Shown here: positions 54,864 through 62,334 of the stretch, piece by piece | Layout: every line of letters begins with the position of its first letter | How positions within the stretch are numbered: the first letter of the stretch is position 1 | Assembly: GCA_030700225.1 (NCBI GenBank) | Contig: JAUYJT010000044.1 | Coordinates: 18,516-82,515, forward strand | DNA: 64,000 nt | Source: Candidatus Nanopelagicales bacterium | Lineage (GTDB): Bacteria; Actinomycetota; Actinomycetes; S36-B12; GCA-2699445 | Reading direction: 5' to 3' | Position numbers and translations under genes: made by a program | Notes under the pieces: generated by a model | What the model saw: the letters and a program-made list of their open reading frames with translations, nothing else | Told to the model about the DNA's origin: nothing | Databases searched by the model: none

Positions 54864-55790
54864 ATGCCCAAGCAGATCACCAACACCGTGGCCATGGTCC
54901 GTCCGGTGTCCTTCTACTTCAACACCGAGACCGCGGCGAACGACTTCTTCCAAAGAAACCTGGGCGAGAAGCGCGACATCGTCCAAGCGAAGGCGCTTGT
55001 CGAATTCGATGGGTTCGTCGACAAGCTGCGGAGCAAGGGCATAACAGTCCACGTCATCCAAGACGACAACTCCGTGTTCAGCACGCCGGACAGCATCTTC
55101 CCGAACAACTGGTTCGTGTCACTTGAGGAAGACAAGCTCGTGCTTTGTCCGATGTTCGCTCAGGACCGCCGGTATGAGCGCCTCAAGTTCTTGGGTAGCC
55201 TCGTGGCCGCTCTCGGTCGAGAGACGTTGCAGATCCACGACTACACCAAGTTCGAGCGGGAGAACCGGTTCCTGGAGGGAACCGGCGCGATGGTGCTGGA
55301 CCGCGCCAACAAGAAGGCGTTCTGCTGCCTTTCGGAGCGAGCTGACGAGGGTCTGTTCAGACAGTTCTGCTCGGACTTCGGCTTCAAGCCGATTCCCTTC
55401 CACGGCTTCCAGACCTACCGGGAGAAGCGCGTGCCCATCTACCACACGAACGTGATGATGGCGATGGGAGAGAAGTTCGCGGTGGTCTGCCTGTCCGCCA
55501 TCGACGACTCAGACGAGCGGAAGATGGTCGCCGACGAGCTCAACGACAGCGGCAAGCAGATCCTCGACGTCTCCGAACGCGAGATCGACAACTTCGCGGG
55601 CAACGAAATCGAACTCGAAGGGACCGGCGGCAAACGCTACACCGTAATGACCCATTCAACGTTCAAGGTGCTGACCGCACAGCAGAAGGCGGAGATCAAG
55701 AAGTCCAGCGAAATCCTGGTCGGCGACGTTGAGACCATCGAGGAGTACGGCGGCGGATCAGTACGGTGCATGATCTCGGAAGTGTTTTGA
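54864..55790 (+). CDS. guanidino-group-modifying enzyme superfamily protein (CtlX / amidinotransferase-like)
   Basis: RBS GGAGGGA precedes the start. The N-terminus is TNTVAMVRPVSFYFN and the C-terminal nucleophile motif GGGSVRCMISEVF. Third positions are visibly more A/T-rich than in neighbouring core genes. Confidence 0.65.
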   Translation: MPKQITNTVAMVRPVSFYFNTETAANDFFQRNLGEKRDIVQAKALVEFDGFVDKLRSKGITVHVIQDDNSVFSTPDSIFPNNWFVSLEEDKLVLCPMFAQDRRYERLKFLGSLVAALGRETLQIHDYTKFERENRFLEGTGAMVLDRANKKAFCCLSERADEGLFRQFCSDFGFKPIPFHGFQTYREKRVPIYHTNVMMAMGEKFAVVCLSAIDDSDERKMVADELNDSGKQILDVSEREIDNFAGNEIELEGTGGKRYTVMTHSTFKVLTAQQKAEIKKSSEILVGDVETIEEYGGGSVRCMISEVF

Positions 55791-55810
55791 GAACCGAGCG
55801 AACGGAAGCC

Positions 55811-56461
55811 ATGGACAACCAGCAGGAAGAAACTGCACGAAGCAGCTACAACCGAATGAGCAAGGTCTACGCCTTGATGTCGGACAGCAGCGAGAAGCGC
55901 TTCATCTCCGAAGCGATCGAGGATCTGTTGAAGCCGCAACCGGGCGAAGTTGTCCTTGAGCCCGGATTTGGCACCGGACAGGCACTGGCAGCCCTCGCTG
56001 AACTCGTCGGCGCGGAGGGCCGCGTCTACGGCATCGACATCTCCGACGGCATGGTGGAGCAGACTCGAAAGCGCCTCGAGAAGCACGCGCTGCTCGACCG
56101 GGCCGACATCAGCCGGGGTGACGCAACTTGCATGCCCTACGCGGACTCCATGTTCGACGCTGTCTTCATGAGTTTCACCCTTGAGCTGTTCAGCGATGAC
56201 CAAATCCCGGTTGTCCTCGCTGAGGCGCGCCGAGTCCTAAAGCCCGACGGTCGTCTGTGCGTCGCGTGCATGTCAAGCCAAGGCGGCCAGCCGACGATGG
56301 AGAAGCTCTACGAGTGGTCCCACCGGAAGTGGCCGACCTTCGTCGACTGCCGACCGATCGACGCCGCTCCCAGCCTCGCCGACGCGGGGTTCACCATCGA
56401 GCAGACGAGGAAGCTGTCGATGTGGGGGCTCGCCGTGGACATCTTGTTGGCCCGGGCGTGA
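55811..56461 (+). CDS. class I SAM-dependent methyltransferase
   Basis: Motif I is VLEPGFGTGQA, the post-I region is VYGIDIS, and LKPDGRL is also present. Confidence 0.8.
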   Translation: MDNQQEETARSSYNRMSKVYALMSDSSEKRFISEAIEDLLKPQPGEVVLEPGFGTGQALAALAELVGAEGRVYGIDISDGMVEQTRKRLEKHALLDRADISRGDATCMPYADSMFDAVFMSFTLELFSDDQIPVVLAEARRVLKPDGRLCVACMSSQGGQPTMEKLYEWSHRKWPTFVDCRPIDAAPSLADAGFTIEQTRKLSMWGLAVDILLARA

Positions 56462-56470
56462 CGGCGCCCG

Positions 56471-56506
56471 AAACTGACACCTAAACTGACAACTAAACTG
56501 ACACTG
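56471..56506 (+). repeat. three head-to-tail 12-bp repeats AAACTGACA(C/A)CT upstream of the Fic gene (candidate operator or iteron)
   Basis: The units are AAACTGACACCT, AAACTGACAACT and AAACTGACACTG, read directly. A TAGGCT -10-like hexamer at 56533-56538 ends 7 nt before the ATG, so a leaderless transcript is possible. Confidence 0.6.
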
Positions 56507-56544
56507 GCAGCGACAGGGCTGCTGAGTCAGAGTAGGCTCGCGGC

Positions 56545-57768
56545 ATGGCCAGGCAGTACGAATCCACCCATCCCTGGCTCACATTCAAGCTCCCCGAGCT
56601 GACAACGGAATGGCGAACCTGGCAACGCTTTGGTGAAGCCAGCAGCAAATCCGAGCACCTCGCGGGCGTCGCGATCAACCCCCGAGTCGCCCACAGCCTC
56701 GCAGCGATCTACCTCGCCAAAGGTGCACACGCCTCAACCGCCATCGAAGGCAACAGCCTCACCGAAAGCCAGGTACTGGCGCTTGTCGAGGGGGGGGCCG
56801 GAGTCGTACCACCATCTCTGGACTACCAGGAAGCCGAAGTGCGGAACCTGTTGAACGTCCTGCGCGAAATCGATGATGCGATTGTGAGGGGGCAGCGGCT
56901 CCCGCTGAACGCGCAGAGGATCTGCCAACTCAACCTGGCGATACTCGACGGTACCGACATCGGAAACGACGTCGTCCCCGGTGAGGTCCGTGCGCACAGC
57001 GTCACGGTTGGCGCCGGACGCTATCGCGGCGCCCCAGCCGAAGACTGCCAGTACCTGCTGGAAGCGCTCTGCCACTGGCTGAACGGCCCGGACTTCAACA
57101 GCGACGACCCGGAACTCAGATTCGCATTGATCCTGACCAAGGCAGTGATGGCACACGTCTACCTCGCCTGGATTCACCCATTCGGCGACGGCAACGGACG
57201 CACCGCCAGGGCCGTGGAGTCGCAGATCCTGTCGCAATCCGGACGCGTCCCCCAACCGGCAACCAACCTGCTTTCCGACCACTACAACAAGACCCGCGAC
57301 CGCTACTACCAGCACCTTGACTCCGCGAGCCGCAACAGCCCAAGCGACACGAGGCCGCTACTCGCCTACGCGGTCCAAGGCTTCGTCGACGGGCTCCGCG
57401 AACAGATAGCGATGATCGCACGCGAGCAGATCAAGGTCGCCTGGATCAACTACGTGTACTCCACTATGGACAGCGAACCCAACACGGCAACGGCTCACCG
57501 CCGACGCAAACTCGTGCTGGCACTCCGCCCGCACAAGCCGACTCCGACGTCAGCGGTTAGAGCCCTCTCCGGACCCATGGCAATCATGTTCGAGGGCAAG
57601 GGCGAACGCTCAGTGATCCGAGACCTACGAGCGCTCGAACGTCTCGGTCTCGTGACCCACCACGGACACAGTGGATGGACGTCCAACCAGAGCGCGATCG
57701 AAGCATTCAAACCGCCTGTGTTCAGCGACGGCGCCTCAGAGCCACGGCGAAGTGGCCGAGCCACCTGA
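56545..57768 (+). CDS. class II Fic-domain protein (AMPylase-type) with N-terminal inhibitory motif and C-terminal winged-helix-like domain
   Basis: The Fic motif is HPFGDGNGRTAR. The inhibitory helix motif STAIEGN ((S/T)xxxE(G/N)) lies upstream in the same polypeptide. Confidence 0.85.
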   Translation: MARQYESTHPWLTFKLPELTTEWRTWQRFGEASSKSEHLAGVAINPRVAHSLAAIYLAKGAHASTAIEGNSLTESQVLALVEGGAGVVPPSLDYQEAEVRNLLNVLREIDDAIVRGQRLPLNAQRICQLNLAILDGTDIGNDVVPGEVRAHSVTVGAGRYRGAPAEDCQYLLEALCHWLNGPDFNSDDPELRFALILTKAVMAHVYLAWIHPFGDGNGRTARAVESQILSQSGRVPQPATNLLSDHYNKTRDRYYQHLDSASRNSPSDTRPLLAYAVQGFVDGLREQIAMIAREQIKVAWINYVYSTMDSEPNTATAHRRRKLVLALRPHKPTPTSAVRALSGPMAIMFEGKGERSVIRDLRALERLGLVTHHGHSGWTSNQSAIEAFKPPVFSDGASEPRRSGRAT

Positions 57769-57791
57769 ACGCACGCGCTAGCCTTGGTGCC

Positions 57792-58286
57792 ATGAGTGCC
57801 AGCCAGACAGCAGCCGATCCGCGCCCATCGGCCTGGGTCATGTACGCGACCTACGCAGTCGGAGCCATCGGGATCTTCATCGGCTTCGCCACAGTGTTCG
57901 CCGACCCGCCGACGCTGACCTGGAGTTGCCTGCTAGCCGTCGGAGCCGCTGGCATCCTGTCCTTCGTCCGTCATTCCATCCTGCACAAGTCGGATGCCGC
58001 CCGCATGGGATGGGACTACGGCCGCCGGAACAACTTCCAGATCGAAGTCGGGCTCGCCAACCTGGCGTGGGGGAGCGTAGCCGTCCTCGCTGTGGTGCTG
58101 GACTGGGGTCTGATCACCGAGGCCGCCATGTTCCTCACGATGGGCCTGTACTTGCTCTTCGTGGCGATCATGCAGCTCGTGTGGCCCGGAGGGCAGCGTC
58201 GCAGTCCGGGACCGCTCGCGGGGATCCTGGCCTTCGCCCTCGCGCTCGTGGTCCTCGGCGGCGCGGGCATCATGCTGGCAGCCTGA
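57792..58286 (+). CDS. five-helix membrane protein, unknown function
   Basis: ATG 57792 was chosen. The protein is hydrophobic throughout, and no motif was recognised. Confidence 0.55.
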   Translation: MSASQTAADPRPSAWVMYATYAVGAIGIFIGFATVFADPPTLTWSCLLAVGAAGILSFVRHSILHKSDAARMGWDYGRRNNFQIEVGLANLAWGSVAVLAVVLDWGLITEAAMFLTMGLYLLFVAIMQLVWPGGQRRSPGPLAGILAFALALVVLGGAGIMLAA

Positions 58287-58309
58287 CGTCCCTCCGGGCT
58301 TCGTTCCGA

Positions 58310-59629
58310 CTAGCCTCCGAAGAGACGCGATAGGTTGGGCGCCGACCGACCGCCTGCGGTGCTGAACATGCCGACGACGACAATCTTGCCGCTGCGCTGA
58401 ACCGCCAGGGAATAGCCGCCGACGCTGTCACCTTCCGAACCATCGCCCGTGATACCACCGTTGTCGCGGATGTTCATGTTGAAGGACTTGTCACCCGCGC
58501 CGTGCGGCCCGAACCGCGCGATCCCGTTGGCCGCGATCCCGCCAGCCGTGGTGAAGTACCCCGCGACGACGATCTTGCCTGTTCGCTGAATCGCGACGGA
58601 GCGAACGTCGGCGACAAATACATCACTTTCGAGGCCGCCGTTGCGGCGGATGTGCTTGTTGAACGCCTTATCAGGCGCGCCGTGCGGCCCGAACCGCACG
58701 ATCCCGTTGACCGCCTTGCCGCCAGCCTTAGTGAACCAACCCGTGACGACAACCTTCCCGTCGCTGCCCGTAGCGACCGCGTCAACTTCGTCCAGGACTC
58801 CGCCATTGTGGCGGATGTGCTTGTTGAACGCCTTGTCAGGCGCCCCGCCTGCCTTGAACCGCGCCAGGCTGTTCACCCTCCTGCCACCAGCGCGGCCGAA
58901 GTCGCCGCCGACCACGATCTTGCCGTCCCGCTGAACAGCCACGGAATTCGCGCCGACATCCGTGCCACCGTTGCGTCGGATGTGCTTGTTGAACGCCTTG
59001 TCAGGCGCCCCGCCTGCCTTGAACCGCGCCAGGCCACTCGCCATCTTGCCGCAAGCCTTGGTGAAGCCGCCGGTGACCACGATCTTGCCGTCGGTCTGAA
59101 CAACAACCGACATTGCGCTCGCGTTCAGGCCACCGTTGCGTCGGATGCGCTTGTTGAACGCCTTGTCAGGCGCCCCGCTGGCCTTGAACCGCGCGATCCT
59201 ATTCACTTTCATTCCGCCAGCGTGGGTGAAATCACCAGCGGCGACGATCTTGCCGTCCCGCTGAACAGCCACGGATGACACGTAGTAGTCAAGGCCACCG
59301 TTGCGTCGGATGCGCTTGTTGAACGCCTTGTCAGGCGCCCCGCTGGCCTTGAACCGCGCGAGGTTGTTCGCCCCCTTACCGCCAGCCTCCGTGAAGCTGC
59401 CAGCGACCACGATCTTGCGGTTGCTCTGCACCTGCACTGCGTAGCCGACGGGCTGAGGACCGCCCAGACCACCTTTGCTGGCGAGCGTGGCGTTGAAGGA
59501 CCTATCGAACTGCCCGGGATCGGCGGCCTGAGCCCCGCCGATACTCGCCAGAATCAGCCCGGTAGCCGCAGCTCCCGCAAGAGTCACCCACACGCTCCGC
59601 CTCGCGTCCACCGCGCACTTTGAGCTCAC
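58310..59629 (-). CDS. secreted delta-60-repeat (beta-propeller-like) protein, about 7 repeats
   Basis: GTG 59629 follows GGAGGA. The signal peptide is WVTLAGAAATGLILASIGGAQA. Units of about 50 aa recur: G.PDKAFN..IR.NGG....a.SVAVQ.DGKIVV.G.FT.AGG...N.iARF. Confidence 0.75.
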   Translation of the reverse strand: MSSKCAVDARRSVWVTLAGAAATGLILASIGGAQAADPGQFDRSFNATLASKGGLGGPQPVGYAVQVQSNRKIVVAGSFTEAGGKGANNLARFKASGAPDKAFNKRIRRNGGLDYYVSSVAVQRDGKIVAAGDFTHAGGMKVNRIARFKASGAPDKAFNKRIRRNGGLNASAMSVVVQTDGKIVVTGGFTKACGKMASGLARFKAGGAPDKAFNKHIRRNGGTDVGANSVAVQRDGKIVVGGDFGRAGGRRVNSLARFKAGGAPDKAFNKHIRHNGGVLDEVDAVATGSDGKVVVTGWFTKAGGKAVNGIVRFGPHGAPDKAFNKHIRRNGGLESDVFVADVRSVAIQRTGKIVVAGYFTTAGGIAANGIARFGPHGAGDKSFNMNIRDNGGITGDGSEGDSVGGYSLAVQRSGKIVVVGMFSTAGGRSAPNLSRLFGG

Positions 59630-59720
59630 TGTCAATCCTCCAGGTCGGAGCGGCCCATCCGCTCGCGCTACATCGTCGCATGTTGGCTCAGTTGGCGTAC
59701 GCCTTTGGTTCCACGCCACG

Positions 59721-59919
59721 TCATCCACAAGATCACAAAGTTGTCCACAGGCTGAAGCCCGTCCCGAACGCTCATTGTCCAGAAGCGCTCACTCACGGTG
59801 GCGAGCACTCCAGATCGGGACATACCAGGACAGACCGAATTGCACTTCTAGTGATCTCCGGGCAGCAGCGAGCCACGCGGATGCGACCTGCGTCACTGCG
59901 ATATCCACAGTCATCCACA
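59721..59919 (+). promoter_or_regulatory. cluster of four DnaA-box-like 9-mers (same orientation)
   Basis: The boxes are TCATCCACA (59721-29), TTGTCCACA (59741-49, a perfect match to the actinobacterial consensus TTGTCCACA), ATATCCACA (59901-09) and TCATCCACA (59911-19). They lie in the 317-nt gap between the delta-60 gene start and the rhomboid stop. Confidence 0.45.
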
Positions 59920-59946
59920 GGAAGGGGATAAGTCACACCGTAGTGA

Positions 59947-60864
59947 TTACACCGGCGTAGTTTTACCCAGGTGGGGAGAACTTGTGGACTGTGGTGCTAG
60001 AGCATCGGCCAAGCCGTACCGCATCGTCGGAAGCTGCTGCTGTATCTGAGCTGTCCGTAGGGTCAGAACGGCTACCAGTACCCCCACCCACGCCAGAACC
60101 CCAAGAACTTGCCACAGCTCACGGCTGCGCTTCGGCGCGTAGGCCAGGACCGCCGCCACAACAGCCCCACTCACCGCCCCACCTAAGTGAGCTCTCCAGT
60201 CGATCCCAGGAACCACGAATCCGATCACGGCGTTGATGACCAGCAAGACGATTACTTGAGTCACGTCCCGGCGCAGATGATGCCCCGTCACGATCAATGC
60301 GGCCATCAGCCCAAAGATCGCCCCACTGGCGCCCACCGACACCGAGTTGAACGGACCGAACGTGTACGACGCCACGCCTCCCGCCAGAGCCGCCACCAAG
60401 TACAGGACCGCGAAACGCACATGCCCGAACAGGGACTCCAGCGTCGGACCCAGCACCCACAGGACGTACATGTTGAACAGGATGTGGAGCACGCTGCCGT
60501 GCAGGAAGGCCGAAGTCATCAGCCGCCACCACTCGCCCTGTAGCGATACCCCCGCCGGAGACATCCCCCACTCGTACACGAAGCTGCTGATGCCAGCTAC
60601 GAACTCGACCACGAAAAGCGCCGCGCAGATGCCGATGATGGCTTTCGTGACGTAGGCGTCCTTGATAACCGCGGTCCCCATCGGGCTGAGCGGACCAGAA
60701 GTCGTCGATTCGGCCTTGGCTACGCACTCCGCGCATTGGAATCCCACAGGGGCGGCGATCATGCAGTCCGGGCAGATGGGGCGGTGGCACCGGGCGCACT
60801 TGATATAGGTGACGCGGTCCGGGTGCGCGTAGCAAACCGGCGTCGTTGAGACCGGTCCGGTCAG
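59947..60864 (-). CDS. rhomboid-family intramembrane serine protease with N-terminal Cys4 zinc ribbon; proposed non-canonical CTG start
   Basis: The catalytic motifs are [12 protein letters not shown] (Ser) and AHLGGAVSG (His). The first canonical start (ATG 60762) would cut off the in-frame conserved [27 protein letters not shown] 60864-60862 overlaps the ppiA stop (CTGA). The conservative call is 59947..60762. Confidence 0.7.
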   Translation of the reverse strand: MTGPVSTTPVCYAHPDRVTYIKCARCHRPICPDCMIAAPVGFQCAECVAKAESTTSGPLSPMGTAVIKDAYVTKAIIGICAALFVVEFVAGISSFVYEWGMSPAGVSLQGEWWRLMTSAFLHGSVLHILFNMYVLWVLGPTLESLFGHVRFAVLYLVAALAGGVASYTFGPFNSVSVGASGAIFGLMAALIVTGHHLRRDVTQVIVLLVINAVIGFVVPGIDWRAHLGGAVSGAVVAAVLAYAPKRSRELWQVLGVLAWVGVLVAVLTLRTAQIQQQLPTMRYGLADALAPQSTSSPHLGKTTPV

Positions 60865-61385
60865 GAGTCGGCTCCCTCGATTGTCACCGACTGAATCACC
60901 ACGTCGGTCACCGGCTTGTCGTTCCGGCCCGTGGCAACGGCCCCGACCGCGTCCACGACCTCGCGGCTCGGCTGATCGGCGACCTCACCGAAGATCGTGT
61001 GCTTGAAGTTCAGCCAATTTGTCGGCACCAAGGTGATGAAGAACTGCGACCCGTTGGTGTCCTTGCCTGAGTTGGCCATGGCCAGCAGATACGGCCGGTC
61101 GAACGTCTTCTCCGGGTGGAACTCGTCCGCGAACCGGAACCCAGGGCCACCCGTACCGTTGCCCGCCGGATCTCCCCCCTGGATCATGAATCCGGGGATG
61201 ACGCGATGAAAGATCACGCCAGCGTAGAGCGGATCTGTGGACTTCCGGCGCGTTGCCGGATTCGTCCACTCAATGGACCCGCTGGCGAGACCGACGAAGT
61301 TCCGCACGGTCTTAGGCGTGTGGTCATCGAAAAGCTCAACCTTGATGTCGCCAAGATTAGTGTGCAAAGTGGCTGAAGTTGTCAC
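60861..61385 (-). CDS. ppiA: cyclophilin-type peptidyl-prolyl cis-trans isomerase
   Basis: GTG 61385 gives [34 protein letters not shown] and GSQFFIT are typical cyclophilin segments. The track ORF start (61475) lies inside tRNA-Ala. Confidence 0.9.
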   Translation of the reverse strand: MTTSATLHTNLGDIKVELFDDHTPKTVRNFVGLASGSIEWTNPATRRKSTDPLYAGVIFHRVIPGFMIQGGDPAGNGTGGPGFRFADEFHPEKTFDRPYLLAMANSGKDTNGSQFFITLVPTNWLNFKHTIFGEVADQPSREVVDAVGAVATGRNDKPVTDVVIQSVTIEGADS

Positions 61386-61448
61386 CCGGCGATCATCCCA
61401 TGAACCCAACCTGGACCTTGCGCTCGGTCCGGCAAGCGCCACCCGAGG

Positions 61449-61521
61449 TGGAGGCGAAGGGACTTGAACCCTCAACCCCCGCCTTGCAAAGGCGGTGCTC
61501 TACCTGTTGAGCTACGCCCCC
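61449..61521 (-). tRNA. tRNA-Ala (anticodon TGC)
   Basis: The reverse complement reads GGGGGCGTAGCTCAACAGGTAGAGCACCGCCTTTGCAAGGCGGGGGTTGAGGGTTCAAGTCCCTTCGCCTCCA. The G3:U70 pair, anticodon loop TTTGCAA and T-loop GGTTCAAGTCC are present. Confidence 0.9.
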
Positions 61522-61534
61522 GGGGCCTTGACTG

Positions 61535-61705
61535 CTAGTGCGCCTCCGCGGGCGGCGTTGCGGCAGGCTCCTGCCCGTTTCCGCCCAGCTCACCGGACGA
61601 TGTCGCCTCGGTCCACAGGTCCTCTTCTGCCCGTGACGCCATCATCTTGCGGTACACAAGGTATGCACCCGCGGCGATCGCCGCGAGCAACAGCAATTTC
61701 TTCAT
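61535..61705 (-). CDS. DLW-39-family small membrane protein (56 aa, below the ORF-track cutoff)
   Basis: Hand translation gives MKKLLLLAAIAAGAYLVYRKMMASRAEEDLWTEATSSGELGGNGQEPAATPPAEAH. RBS GGAAGGGA lies upstream. An N-terminal TM helix, the EEDLW motif and the location between tRNA-Ile and tRNA-Ala match the actinobacterial DLW-39 family. Confidence 0.7.
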   Translation of the reverse strand: MKKLLLLAAIAAGAYLVYRKMMASRAEEDLWTEATSSGELGGNGQEPAATPPAEAH

Positions 61706-61758
61706 CTGCCATGTCCCTTCCGTGGACGTTCAGCCGCGCATCCGCGCGACACGTGGCG

Positions 61759-61833
61759 TGGGCCTGGATGGACTCGAACCATCGGCCTCTTCCTTATCAG
61801 GGAAGCGCTCTAACCAGGCTGAGCTACAGGCCC
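61759..61833 (-). tRNA. tRNA-Ile (anticodon GAT)
   Basis: The reverse complement reads GGGCCTGTAGCTCAGCCTGGTTAGAGCGCTTCCCTGATAAGGAAGAGGCCGATGGTTCGAGTCCATCCAGGCCCA. The acceptor is GGGCCTG/CAGGCCC and the anticodon loop is CTGATAA. Confidence 0.9.
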
Positions 61834-61923
61834 GCACGAAGGCTCAGGATACCGTCCGCTACGGATCAAGGCTCACCAGACTTCGGACACCGCCCCGCTG
61901 GCCGCTGCTACCAGGTCAGGAGT

Positions 61924-62325
61924 TCAGGAATCGTCAGTGAGCGTGACCTGCAAGCCACCGGTAATTCCGACCGCCAGGTTGTACAGGTACGCGAAGAGCG
62001 TCGTCAGAGCCGTCACCAAGACCACTTCGAGCCCGGCCAGCATGGCCGTGATCCCCACGATCCTGGAGAACGACAACAGGCCCTTCACGTCTACCGAGCT
62101 CGTTCCGCTGCCCAACAGGTCAGTCAACGTCTGGTTCACCGATTCCAGCGTGCCGCTGACGGAAAGCATCCACCAGATGATCGTCACCGCCACCATCATC
62201 ACGATGCCGATCGCGATGGCCATCATGAACGCGTTCTTCATCACCGACCACGCGTCCAGATGGGTCACGAACAGATGGGCGTGCCGAGCTCGCCGCTGCG
62301 GCGCTGGTGCATCGGTAGTAGTCAC
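61924..62325 (-). CDS. DUF3566-family membrane protein (conserved gyrA-downstream gene)
   Basis: HLDAWSVMKNAFMMAIAIGIVMMVAVTIIWWML and LFAYLYNLAVGITGGLQVTL are typical. It occupies the conserved position between gyrA and tRNA-Ile. Confidence 0.8.
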   Translation of the reverse strand: MTTTDAPAPQRRARHAHLFVTHLDAWSVMKNAFMMAIAIGIVMMVAVTIIWWMLSVSGTLESVNQTLTDLLGSGTSSVDVKGLLSFSRIVGITAMLAGLEVVLVTALTTLFAYLYNLAVGITGGLQVTLTDDS

Positions 62326-62334
62326 CGGTATCTC

